This document shows positions 26,117 through 37,555 of a stretch of 64,000 nucleotides of DNA, piece after piece. The position numbers were made by a program, and so were the translations under genes. Positions within the stretch are counted from its first letter, which is position 1. Each line of letters begins with the position of its first letter. The stretch is from Podospora anserina (lineage: Eukaryota): positions 3,720,001-3,784,000 of the forward strand of contig CM030336.1 in NCBI GenBank assembly GCA_017654855.1. Reading direction: 5' to 3'. Below the pieces are notes generated by a model that saw only the letters and a list, made by a program, of their open reading frames with translations, ran no database searches and was not told the DNA's origin.

Positions 26117-27974
26117 GCGCCATTTTTGCCTACGACACACACACGCTTACGGTAACGAGACACGCAAGGAGAGCAATATGGATTTGGCTGTTTTAACGAG
26201 GCAACAAGAAACAAACATCGAATTGGGCTGGTTCTAGAAGGCGGGGGAGTTGTAGGTTCGCGGCTTTTTTTTCGAACCGGGCACAATCTGTTTTTTGAAC
26301 ATCAAAATTGCAGGCATGATATGGGGAAGGGGAAAGATGGGAACCATCGTGCTTTGCTTTGGCGTTTGTGAAACGAGTTTTGTTTTCCTTCTGAGATACC
26401 AAGTCCCTCGATGGGGCCAACTTTTTTTGGTTTTTTTGTGTTTTTTTCTTCTTGTGTATTTGATTGGAGGAGATATATAGGGGCCCGAGATCAGTGGCCA
26501 TCTGTTATTTCTTTTTCTTTTTTGTGGGTTTTAGTTTGGGATTTTGTTGAGTGGTTTAAACTTCTTGGGGTGAGTGATGGATGTGGTGTGTCACAATACA
26601 TGCCATATTTGAGTATTTTTCACTTGCGGCTATACTATTTACCTACTTTGTGTACCACATGTACTGGTCTATAGTGTTTTTCGGGCGGGTGGGGGGGGAA
26701 GATTTTGCGGGATGTAAAGACAGTGGACGGTTTGAAATGAGACTACTTTGGGGGTTCAACATCAACATTACCTAGGGATGTGTTTGCTCTCTCTCTCTCT
26801 CTCTCTCACACACGTCAAATTGAGGAAGCAGATCTTTCTTGTTTTTTGGGATGATATTACATGATGTTCTATTGGTTGTTTTGTGATTTGCATGATCTGA
26901 GGTACTGATGTTGACATTAGACGGTGACATTGTCTGCCGCCCGCGCGCTGCGCTCACCGAGGTCAGTGGTAGTGGATGGGATAGCAAACGCGCTTCGATA
27001 TGCGGCCTATGGTCCAATGGAAGGAGGACAACCCGTTTTGATAGTGGGACCGTTTCAGACTGACATTTATTGGGCTTTGGCGGACAGGGATTCAGGGAGG
27101 TGTTCCTGAATGAGCGAGAGAGAGAAGACGTTTTCGTCCGACATGAACCAGGGCGGGGGGGAAAGGGGAGAATCTCTTACCCTAGGCGCGCGGAAAATGG
27201 GCTGACACCACCCTGGGAGATTACAGAACCACCTTACCGCGACTGCCGGTTGTAAGGAACGCTAGGAATAGGTAAGGTTCAATGTTTTTTTCACCACGAA
27301 ACGGACAGATATGGAAACAAAACGATGAAGCCAACCCCCCCCCCCCAACCCCCTGGTAAGGAAGGAACAAACTCTCCGGAGGACTGGCTGAGGGGGGGGC
27401 CGGGGGGGAGGATGAAGAGGTTGAAACAAAACGAGCATAACAAATGTTGATGCGGCTGAGGAATGATCTGACTGACGGTGGATGTACTGTTGGCTCCATT
27501 GGGAATCGACTGACAACGTGGCCTGCTTGTGCTGGCGAAAAGAGAACGGACGGGATGGGGGAAAGAAGTCGGTGTCAGGGGTTGCTGTTGTTGAGAGAGG
27601 CTGATTGGGGGGGGGAGGGAAGGGAAGGGGGTCAAGATCTCGATGATGGATGGGGTGGAGGCTCAATTGGGTTGGTTGGGATGAACACACTGGCGTGTGA
27701 TGGTTCTCTCGGAAACAGCCTGAGCCGGTGTGTGGTATGATACCGTGTGTGGAGAAACGGAGATTGACAAGAGGGGACTTTTTGTGTGGCGATGGGAAGG
27801 GGGAGGTGAGAGTGGTTGAGTGGTTGAGTGGTTGACAGCGAATGGACGGGACATGCGGCTCCTCGGGGGCATGGGGCTGTTTTGGTGGATGGGGGTGGTG
27901 GTGGTGGTGGTGGTGTTGTTGCCGGACCGAGCTAGACCTACCTACCCAGAGGAAGGATTATACGGGGGGAGCCA

Positions 27975-28639
27975 ATGGTGGTGAGTAAACTTGGTGGTGG
28001 AGGTTTAAGGGGGCTGATCGGGAGGTTGTTACACAGGCGCGGTAGTTGAGGGTTGGGTTTTTTCTTGCTGGGAATTTATTACTATCTCAATGTTGACTAA
28101 CACCATCACCACTTGACCGCAGCCAACCTGCAGGACATCGATCGACGAGAGGAAGCACAATCACGGTAAATCTTTTATATTTTTTATTTTATTTTTAGAA
28201 TTTCGTCTTTGTCTAGATTTACATACAAAACTAACATTCCTGGTTCGCAGATCAGTGTCGTCGTTGTTTTTGCCGATCTTTTTCCTGTTGTTCTCTTCCT
28301 ACTTCCCGAATCCGATCCAAAATGTCACGACAGCCACAGATGATCGACAGTTATGCACCCACATTTGCAGAGATTTTTGAGAGTTCTAGAATTGTGGCTG
28401 TGCGGTTTTGGCCCTCCGTGGAGGGGGAAGAAAAAAATCGCAAGCATCTCCCTCCCTATTCTCGCTCCGTTCTCATATCATCTACCAGATTGAAGGATGG
28501 GACGCGCAAATCGCCTCAAGTTCCGTGCAGGATTTTCTCGCAGCGGGAGGAAAGGGAAAGCCGAATTAGTTGCGACAAGCACAGCCAGTTTACTTCATAC
28601 CTACCTCGATGGCATAGGAAGAACGATGAGGGGGTTTGA
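27975..28639 (+). CDS. Possible spliced orphan ORF (145 aa; exons 27975-27980, 28123-28165, 28251-28639), or part of a spliced lncRNA
   Basis: Two canonical introns (GTGAGT..CTAAC..GCAG; GTAAAT..CTAAC..GCAG) join ATG 27975 in frame to ORF 28322-28639; no recognisable domain. Confidence 0.3.
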
Positions 28640-31236
28640 GACGGACTGAGGCTGGTGGTACAGATATCAGCCCAGGTTTCGGATCATGCCGTTCGCCTTT
28701 TTCCGTCGCAGGTTCGAAGTGTGATTGATGATGCCGAATAGATGGAGGAGCACACATACCGGAGAAGCTGAGATGTGTCTTTCGGACATGGAACATCATG
28801 ATGTTGACCTTGACGTCTAGCTTTCACCATCGCTTGTTCGTCTTGACTTACCCCCTTTTATTTATTTATTTTTTATTTTCCTGTCTTGGCGCTCACCAAA
28901 CAACTATCACCCAGTATTCAGGACGATTGACGGATGCTTGAGACAATGTCATGATCAGCTTGTGCAACGACCCCTAATCGCAAAGAGCTGGGGGCCATGG
29001 TTCATGATCCTCAAGCGGTAAGCTTTCGACAGATGGGACCCTGGAAAGTGACACAAACTCTTTTCTCCTAGGTCCTCAACAACATATCACGAGCCACCAC
29101 CACCACCGGAGGAAAAACATCACATCGTGCAGCAACACACAGTTCGAAGCAACGTAACGTTATGCACACAACGCAGCACGCATTGCGTACCCGTGAGCTG
29201 CATGTATGTATGTACAGGCCCGGGGTTGAGGAGGGGGAGGGGGGAGGGATATATACACACTCTCTCCTCAATATATCTTTCCCTCCTCTCCTTATCGATT
29301 CGGGGTCACTCGCCACATCTTGCAGGATGGGGTGTGTGTGCCACGGGTTCCGGTGTCAACTGCTTGCTGCCCAGTGTTGGTTCTCCCCCAAATGTCTCAC
29401 CCTATATCTCACATGGCACTACCTAACCCTACCTACACACCACCCACCCATCCCACTGCCGCGGAGGGACGGGAAAAGAATATATGGGGGTTTGACCAGT
29501 CAGGTGGGAGAAAGGGACCATGGGGTTCAGCTCCCGCGGGTATTGTGCGACGGGAGATCTGCGTGATAACAACGGGTGTGCACGCATGGTCGGATACCAT
29601 CTGTACTCTTGTGGCTTGTAGGGGGATGTGGCGAGTAAGTGTTGTGGGTGACAGGGGTGAATTTAGGGGTTGGTCCGACCAACCATCATCAGAAGTAATA
29701 ATCTGGGATGAACATCACCTCCATCTCAACTTTGCACGAGAAGGAAGATCATTTTCTAACAATAGTTCGTTCGTTCCCCCTTCAACCGCGACAAAAGTGA
29801 AGGAAACGGAACCTCCCGACTTTTTTTTTTTATAACCTTTTTTCAGCAGGCGAACTGTCACCATTCGCCACCCCCTCACCAGCCACGTCTTCCTATCGCA
29901 GCAACACAAAGATTGTGGCTTTGCGTCATCTGGACATCACACAGACAATTGCACAGTTGAGCCACATTTCTGGCCCAAAAGTTCCCGGGTTTTCGGCACT
30001 GGGGGGGTGAAATGAAATGGTGGTAGTAAATGCAGAGATCTCAGATAAACCTCATTGTTTTCGCCACAGCGTCTGTTCGGGGCATCTCACAGCCACTCTT
30101 TTGGGTGCTCCTGAGCAGTGCAGGAGCCTCAAATTTAAGGTTGGAGAAGAGAAGAGGACGAATCAGAGGGGGGAAGATGGGTGTGGCGAGTGAGGTTCGT
30201 CCCTTTTGGGGCTTGACTTGACTGGGGGGAACGTGACGGGAAAGGATAAATGGAACCAGAGATAAATGGATAGATGCATTTGCTTCCTCTTTGGGCAACT
30301 CTTTTACAGTGATGGGAGAGGGGGTTGTGGCGAGTGAGGGAGGTACTGGTACTTATTTGTTCTCCGAAGGGATCGGCGAGGGGATGTACGGCTTTTGGGT
30401 AGGTATGGGGTGGTGCCGCACCGGACCGGCATGGGAAACCCGTGGGATTGGACAGAGGGGCTTTTTCGGAGAGGTGGCCGGTGGGAGGGTTTGGATTGGT
30501 GATTGGCCAGCGAGGAGGAAGGATTCGTTTGGGGAGTAACTAATCCTCTGTTTACATACTTGGGAGACTGATCGTTCAGTGACTTCAAGAGAACCCTCTA
30601 CATGAGTCAGGTAGAAGTCAGGTTTAGGTTAAAAAAAATAAAGATCCCTAAATTTGTGCTCTCCCAGCAGCAACAAAAGGTACAAGTAGTCTGAACCAGA
30701 TCGGCGATCGTCCGCCCTTCCTGAAAACCTCAACAGACTGTTTTGACACGTGGAGAGCCCTTGGCGAATACGTGAAGCACATCCCAGGAAAAAGAAACAA
30801 CAGATAAAAATCTCTCTCGAGCGAGCAAAGAGTTTTCCCAGCCATGGGATTGTTCAAAGTCTAAAAATAACAAGATGGGAAAGTTGAGGGGCAAGAACAT
30901 CTGGGTGGTGGGTGATCGGCAGGTTCTGCATGAAGACGTCACCACTTTGGAATATCAATCGTGAGGCGTGAATAGGAAGAAAACACCATGAAAGTATCCT
31001 CGAATATGAAATTCAACAAGATTTTCTTTAATTTGAGATCCGTGACTGTCACGGATAGTCTGAGACGGTGTGACTGGCGATGGTTCTGATGAATCGGTTC
31101 ATGGTCGAGCTTCGTAATGGTTGTATAAACCACGAAGGCGTCTCTGTTCTCTTGTCCATGGCGTGCCGTAGTTACCAAGTTGGTATGTATACAATCGCTC
31201 ATTAACGCTGCCAAATCCACCCCACCTCAGAACCCC

Positions 31237-33060
31237 TCAGATCGTAACCCCTTTCCTCACCTCCCTATTCCTCCTCTCCTTACGCTCCTCCGGACTCCCA
31301 CCATCTCTGTACTGCCACAATCGACTCAACTCCCTGACCCTCATCTTCACCACCCCCTCCCGCCTAAACGTTGCCCTCTTCCTCAAGATCGTAGGACTGA
31401 CACTATGAATCTGCACCTGTTCCCCCTCCAGATCCCCCTCAATATCAGCCCCCTCGTCATTCCCAATGATGACCTCACTCTCCATGAACTCATTATCCCC
31501 TTCTTCTACACACCCAACCAATTTCCCGTCGCTGTCGCGTAGGAGCTTCCCGTTGGCGTCGCGCTGGAGGGGGAACATCCCATCGAGATAGTGCTGCACA
31601 AACTGGTGACCGCCGCGGGGGCTAGACCGGGCAAAAACTCTTCCTATGAATCTGGGCATGGTGGGTGAGTCGAGTGTGGAGGTGGTGAAGTGGAGGACGC
31701 CCCATAAGGCGACAAAGTCGGTTGTGTGGGCGTAGTGCTCGATGTGGCCGATGGCGCGGTCCGAGAGCTGGGATGGGCGGGCGGAGCATGTTGAGGAGGC
31801 AAGGGAGGTCAAAGAGGGGATCTTTTCCTCTTGTTGTTCGGGAGTGAGATTGGCTTTGGCATTGGCATTTGGGGCTGTGTCGTCGGTGACGTTGGTGATT
31901 GTCCCGTCATTCTCCTCCAGAGTGGAATCTGTCTTGGCAGCCAGGGGGTTTCTCAGGGCGGCTCTCTGGGACCGGACGTGACGGTGGGGGTTGTTGAAGT
32001 GGTTGGCTGCGTTACCGAAAGTGTAGACTTCCAGCTTGGAGAGAATGTCTTGGGGAAGTTCTTGAAGCAGCCAGTCGATAATCAGGCTGCCCTGGATTCC
32101 ACCCTGAGAGTGGAGGATGAAGACGACTTTGGTGTTTTGAGGATCGTAGAGCTTTTCTTTGATGATGCGGTAGCAGACTCGGACGTCTTTAGTGGCATCT
32201 GAAGAAGAAGTTAGCAACACGGACCCGGGCCGGCAACGGGATATGACACTTGCACTGCCAGTTTCGCTGGATACAGCATTCTACAACATCGAAAAGTATA
32301 CCCGCTCTGTATTGTTGTCAGCCCTCGGTTCGTCTGTTGCCATTTGCTATTGAGAAGACAGACGTTTTGTTATGGATACCCAAGATGGGCCGCTTGAAGG
32401 TGACAGCTAGACGATTCAAGTTATTCTTCATCCAGTGTTCCCTATTCCATGTCAGCAAAACGCCCCCACAGCACCTCGAGAGGCATACCCAGCAGCAACA
32501 CCATTGATAAATATCCACACCTCTCCCTCATGCTCCTTTCTCGCCTCGGCATATTCTGGATCACTGTGATACTCGACCTGGCCTCCTCTGCCATTCAATA
32601 TCACACACAGCAGTTTGTTGACCCCCATGAAGCCAGCAATCGACCCTACCGCCGTCCACACTGGCAAGATGATCATAAACGGCAACGCAACAACGAAGGC
32701 CAGCTGTAAAACGACCAGGACCAAATGGACCGCCAAACTTAGCACGTTGCCATAAGTAAAAGACAGCTCAGACAGCTCGGCCGAGTCGGTTGGCGTCACA
32801 GGCCAAACAACATAGAATATGGCCCAGAGATAATGAAAGAAATAATAAACATCCCACATCATCAACGTCCACGGGAGATCCGTGTAGGAATAGTTGATGA
32901 CCGACTCTCCTCCCGTCTGCGAGCCGATAAACGCCGTCGATGATAGCATCTTGGTGATGGGCTCCAGAGCCGACGCATCTTTGCGCCGGAAGAAGGCCAT
33001 GATGGCGACGCCCAGGAGAAGAGTAGCCAAGGTGAGAAACGAAAGGGAGATCAACTCCAT
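31237..33060 (-). CDS. Fungal membrane-anchored protein with an alpha/beta-hydrolase-like HSQGG motif; exons 33060-32489, 32441-32364, 32306-32254, 32198-31237 (start may be ATG 33003)
   Basis: Hydrophobic N-half; WIFINGVAAG|EHWM..GIHNKT|AGILFDVVECCIQRNWQY|ATKDVR; VFILHSQGG, LEVYTFGNAANHF, HIEHYA..DFVA; third intron needs a GC donor. Confidence 0.85.
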
Positions 33061-33740
33061 GATGAGAGAAGAAGAAGAAGAAAAGAATAAGAAGTATGTA
33101 CGACGAAACCAAGAAATTAAAAATACCCAGATCCACGAGGGATGCTCACATGCCCAATGACTTTGATCAGAATGGGTGCACAGTTAAGGCTGAGAGGGAC
33201 GCTTGGCCGGTGACTTGGGGTGCCTTTTGTTGGTGTCAGACGCATAGTGACGAGTGACGAGGGCTCAGAGAATTGATGCCAAGCTGAAGCACTGCAGCGG
33301 CGGGGGTCAATGTCACTTCTCTCTGCCACCTGAGAGGAGCTAACTGCTTGGCTGTGGATTCCTCTACAGCTATCTTTCAGACGTAAGAATGGAGGAGAAA
33401 AGAGACTTGATACACTGGTATCATGGTGTGCCTGAGCTGTGCCTCCCTTACCCGCGCCGGCCCTTGAACCGAAGATCTGACCAAGATATCAACCAGGGGC
33501 AACGGCTCAACGGCAAACGGAGATGACGTTGGATCTGGATCAAAGGTCCGGATTTCTTTTGGGTGAGGATGGTTGCAGAGCAAGGGTTAGGGTTGGTGCG
33601 GGCTGGTTAAGGCGGGCGCATCTTGGGCTTGGCACAAAAAAGTTCTTATCTTATCGGAGCTCACCAGCATCTTTTTTCGCAAAGGTTTCTGTCCCAGGTC
33701 AACATCATCAACCAGGTACATCACCTCCCACACCGACACA

Positions 33741-36281
33741 ATGGGCAAAAACAGAAAGTCCAAGCGCCAATTGATTCGTGACGAAAAACGCGCCAAGAAG
33801 CGCGGCCACGAGAACGCCGAAGAGGAAGTCCGCGATGCGAAACGCCAGCGCCGCACCGACGGCGACGAAGAGCACAACGCCGATTTCATCCCCCTCGACG
33901 GCGGCAATGGAGATATCCCCGGATTCGTGATTGATACCGTCGGAGACAAGCGCAGGGCTCATAAATATGAAGGGGGAGAGGTAGAGGCAGAGATCAACGG
34001 CCATGGCGGTGACGGTGGCGGTGGCGGTGGTCCGGGAAGCTTCGAAAGGGAATTCTTTGGCATGCTCGCCGAGGAGGAGCAGGAATATTTCCGACACGCC
34101 GACGAATTACTCGAGTTGAACGATTTCCCATCCGAGGAGGAGAAGACCATCTTCTTGGCGAATGTCTACAAGGAGGCCAAGGGCAAGGAGTTGAAGCTGG
34201 CCAGCTCGCAGTCTTGCTCGAGGCTGATGGAGAGGTTGATTCTGCTGTCGAATACGAAGCAGAAGAAGAGCATGTTTGATGCGTTTTCGGGGCACTTCAT
34301 CAGTCTGGTCACGCACAGATTTGCGAGCCATTGCTGTGAGAAGCTGTTTTTGCAGAGCGCGCCGGTGGTGACGCAGGAGTTGGCTGGGGAGGTGCCTGAG
34401 GAGGTGCCGGTGGAGGGTCAGGAAGAGGAGGAGTTGACCGAGAACCAGAAGATGAGCATGGAGGATCTGTTTCTGTTGACACTGGATGAGTTTGAGGAGC
34501 ACCTTTCGTTCTTGCTGTCGGATCGATATGGGTCGCACGCCCTGCGTGTGCTGCTATTGGTTCTGGCCGGGAGACCTCTGAATCAGGCTGGTGTCAAGTC
34601 ATTGCTGCAGGGCAAGAGCAAGGAGTATGTTACAGTCGAAGGTGCTGCGGCTAACGCGAGCGAGCTCATTTCACAGACAAGGACTGTTCCGTCCTCATTT
34701 ACTGCCGCTATCCAGAAGATTATCGTCGATTCGACAGCAAACCTGGATGGAGCCGCCCTGAGAGTCCTGGCCAAGCACCCTACTGGAAATCCGACTTTGC
34801 AACTTTTGTTGGACTTGGAGCTCTCCATGGCGCCAAAGGGCAAGAAGAAGGCGAAGAAGGGCGAAGAGGAGGAGAGGCAGGAAGAGCCAGTCAAGGAGAC
34901 ACTACTCGAGAAGCTTGTGCCCGGCGCGCCGGCATCGTTCGCCGAGGAGACCTCGCCGGCATGCGAATTCGTCAACAGCATGGTCTACGACCCAATCGGA
35001 TCCAGACTTCTCGAGACGCTCATCACCCACTGCCCAGGCAAAGTCTTCAAGGGCCTGCACGCTCACATCTTTGGACCACGGATCCAGAGTTTCCTCAGAA
35101 ACGACATTGCCTCGTACCCAGCCATCAAGGTTCTCAACCGTCTCAGCAAGGAAGATTTGGCCGATGCTGTTGAGAAGTCCCTCCCCGAGTTCGGGGCTCT
35201 TCTTGAAAAGGGGCGCCTCAATGTGGTCAAGACGTATTTTGAGCGCTGCCATGTTCGTAACGCGACTGCACAACTCGACCAGCTTCTTCAAGCGCTGACC
35301 AAGGCCTGCAACAACAACTGGAAGCACATCGTACCCAAGCTGTGCCCTCTTGAGGAAGAGAACGAGGAGGACAAGTCCAAAGAGAAGAAATTCCAGCCTG
35401 CTGAGGTCAAGAACAAGACTGCTCTCCTGTCGCATGGTTGCCAGATCGTCAGCACTCTGCTTTCCATCCCAGGGAACCCTGCCAAGGCGATGCAAACCTC
35501 TCTCTTGGCCCTCCCAGCTGACAAGATTCTGCGCATGGCAACCTTGAATGCTCACACTGCTGGCATCGTCACCAAGGCTCTCAGCACGCCACCTCAGCTC
35601 CCTCACTTCCACAAGTTGTTTGTCGCCGCCATGCTGCCCAACATCATCGATATGGCCCTGACTCATCACGGCAACCCCATCGTCTGCTCCATCATCACAA
35701 TGGCCTCCAAGGGTGACAAGGACGTGCCGGTGGTGCCTTTCCACCTGAAGGAGAATGTTATGGCTAAGCTCGAGCAGCGTGAGTCACAGCTGAGGGAGAG
35801 CTGGCTGGGGCGAAATGTGTGGAGGTCGTGGAAGGGTGATCTGTGGTCTAATCGCCGGCATGATTGGGTGAGGTGGGCAAAGGAGACGAATCCGGAGGAG
35901 TTGCGGCTGGCTGCTGCTGCTGGGGGCGCCAAGACTCTGGAGAAGCAGGAGGAGGCGCTCAAGAAGAGGACTGAAGCGCTACAAGAGGAGGCTTTCCCTG
36001 AGGAAATGGAAGAGGACCAACCAGAAGAGTCGGAGCCGGTGAAGGTGAAAAAGGAGAAGAAAGAAAAGAAGGAGAAGAAGGAGAAGAAGGAGAAGAAGGA
36101 GAAGAAGGAGAAGAAGGAGAAGAAGGAGAAGAAGGAGAAGAAGGAGAAGAAGGAGAAGAAGGAGAAGAAGGAGAAGAAGGAGAAGAAGGAGAAGAAGGAG
36201 AAGAAGGAGAAGAAGGAAAAGAAGGAAAAGAAGGAGAAGAAGCCAAAAGTAGAGGAGGACGCGATGGAGATTGATGGTTGA
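33741..36281 (+). CDS. NOP9: Nucleolar protein 9 (Pumilio/PUF-repeat pre-40S factor) with C-terminal KKE repeats; 846 aa, intronless
   Basis: FFGML.EEEQEYF, KELKLASSQSCSRLMERLI, HRFASHCCEKL, YGSHALR, IGSRLLE and GRNVW motifs typical of fungal Nop9. Confidence 0.92.
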   Translation: MGKNRKSKRQLIRDEKRAKKRGHENAEEEVRDAKRQRRTDGDEEHNADFIPLDGGNGDIPGFVIDTVGDKRRAHKYEGGEVEAEINGHGGDGGGGGGPGSFEREFFGMLAEEEQEYFRHADELLELNDFPSEEEKTIFLANVYKEAKGKELKLASSQSCSRLMERLILLSNTKQKKSMFDAFSGHFISLVTHRFASHCCEKLFLQSAPVVTQELAGEVPEEVPVEGQEEEELTENQKMSMEDLFLLTLDEFEEHLSFLLSDRYGSHALRVLLLVLAGRPLNQAGVKSLLQGKSKEYVTVEGAAANASELISQTRTVPSSFTAAIQKIIVDSTANLDGAALRVLAKHPTGNPTLQLLLDLELSMAPKGKKKAKKGEEEERQEEPVKETLLEKLVPGAPASFAEETSPACEFVNSMVYDPIGSRLLETLITHCPGKVFKGLHAHIFGPRIQSFLRNDIASYPAIKVLNRLSKEDLADAVEKSLPEFGALLEKGRLNVVKTYFERCHVRNATAQLDQLLQALTKACNNNWKHIVPKLCPLEEENEEDKSKEKKFQPAEVKNKTALLSHGCQIVSTLLSIPGNPAKAMQTSLLALPADKILRMATLNAHTAGIVTKALSTPPQLPHFHKLFVAAMLPNIIDMALTHHGNPIVCSIITMASKGDKDVPVVPFHLKENVMAKLEQRESQLRESWLGRNVWRSWKGDLWSNRRHDWVRWAKETNPEELRLAAAAGGAKTLEKQEEALKKRTEALQEEAFPEEMEEDQPEESEPVKVKKEKKEKKEKKEKKEKKEKKEKKEKKEKKEKKEKKEKKEKKEKKEKKEKKEKKEKKEKKEKKEKKPKVEEDAMEIDG
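36048..36236 (+). repeat. 9-bp coding tandem repeat (mostly AAGAAGGAG) encoding (KKE)21
   Basis: 189 nt = 21 units, counted from the sequence. Confidence 0.95.
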
Positions 36282-36653
36282 GCGTTGTAAAATGATACCC
36301 GGGTAGCGTACCCGTACCCTGAATATTCCATGGTAGAAGAGCACACCACGTAAGCTTGGTCTGACTGAGACAAGTCCAGAATATAAGCAGCCTTTCTCAT
36401 AAACCCACCCTTTTTGGGGCCATCCGCCTTGCTTACATTGACTGCATTCGGCATATTTTCTCCTCGGGGTCGTGTTGGGAGACTTAGCGGCGATCATATG
36501 ACGCGGGGTAGGCAGACGTTAGCCGGATATCACCCCAGCTTCTTCTGATCTCGCTCACGTTCTGACATCAACTCACGATAAATACCCCAGCGTTTCCGCC
36601 CCCATTCATTTCCTACCCCATTTTCACCCACCACGATTTTTGTTTCTGTCAAA

Positions 36654-37397
36654 ATGCCTCCCAAAACCGTCATCGCCTTCGACCTCTACGGCACCGTCCT
36701 CTCCACCGCGTCCATTTCTTCCTCTCTCTCGTCAGTGTTATCCCTCCCGGCAGAAAAAGCAGGAGAGCTGGCTGGGTTGTGGCGGCGGTATCAACTGGAG
36801 TACACTTGGCGGTGTAATTCGATGGGGAGGTACACCGACTTCGAGACCATCACCCGCTCCTCCCTCAAACACGTCATCCCTGAGATCACGGCTGCCCAGA
36901 CCGACACTGTCATGGCAAGTTACAATAACCTGTCGATGTTTCCTGAGGTTCCGGACGCGCTGGCGACGATGGCGGAGAATGGGAGGCTTGTTGAGGGGTA
37001 TGTCTTTTCCAACGGGACAGAGCAAATGATGGGTGCGAGCGTGAATAGGAGTTCGGATTTGTGGAGTTTTGGGGCGGTGTTTAAGGGGTTGGTTAGCGTG
37101 GAGGGGGTGGGGAGGTATAAGCCTGATGCAGGGGTTTATGAGTATCTGGTTGGGCAGGTTGGGCGGACAGAGAAAAAGGGGGTTTGGTTGGTGAGTGGGA
37201 ATCCGTTTGATGTGCTTGGGGCGAAGGCTGCGGGGTTGAGGGCTTGTTGGGTTGATCGGGAGGGTGGGGGGTGGAGGGATCAGCTTGGGGAAGGGTTGGG
37301 GGTGGAGGGGCCGGATTTGGTTGTTAGGGGGGTTGATGAGGGGGTTGAGGGGATTTTGGAACGGATCAGATTAGGGGGGGAGGGGGGCGAAGTGTGA
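36654..37397 (+). CDS. Haloacid dehalogenase type II-like HAD hydrolase
   Basis: IAFDLYGTV motif I, WRRYQLEYTWR, FSNG, YKPD..VY, LVSGNPFDVLGAK. Confidence 0.9.
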   Translation: MPPKTVIAFDLYGTVLSTASISSSLSSVLSLPAEKAGELAGLWRRYQLEYTWRCNSMGRYTDFETITRSSLKHVIPEITAAQTDTVMASYNNLSMFPEVPDALATMAENGRLVEGYVFSNGTEQMMGASVNRSSDLWSFGAVFKGLVSVEGVGRYKPDAGVYEYLVGQVGRTEKKGVWLVSGNPFDVLGAKAAGLRACWVDREGGGWRDQLGEGLGVEGPDLVVRGVDEGVEGILERIRLGGEGGEV

Positions 37398-37555
37398 CGA
37401 TGTAGACAGCTAAATGGGTATGAAGATGTACATTTCGACTTCATTACATGTACGTGATACATTGATTGCTACAAGTACATCGACTGCTTCATGGTCGCCT
37501 GGGATATCCACCACCCGACACCACCCATTACCCCTCCTTGTTAGCCCTCCACTCT

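Noticed and set aside
33583-33594. Telomerase RNA template candidate (CCCTAACCCT-like; also 2031-2040)
   Set aside because: Lies in short divergent promoters with no room for a long TER; better explained as a promoter motif
36048-36236. CRISPR-like or other spacer array
   Set aside because: Contiguous coding tandem repeat with no spacers, in a eukaryotic context
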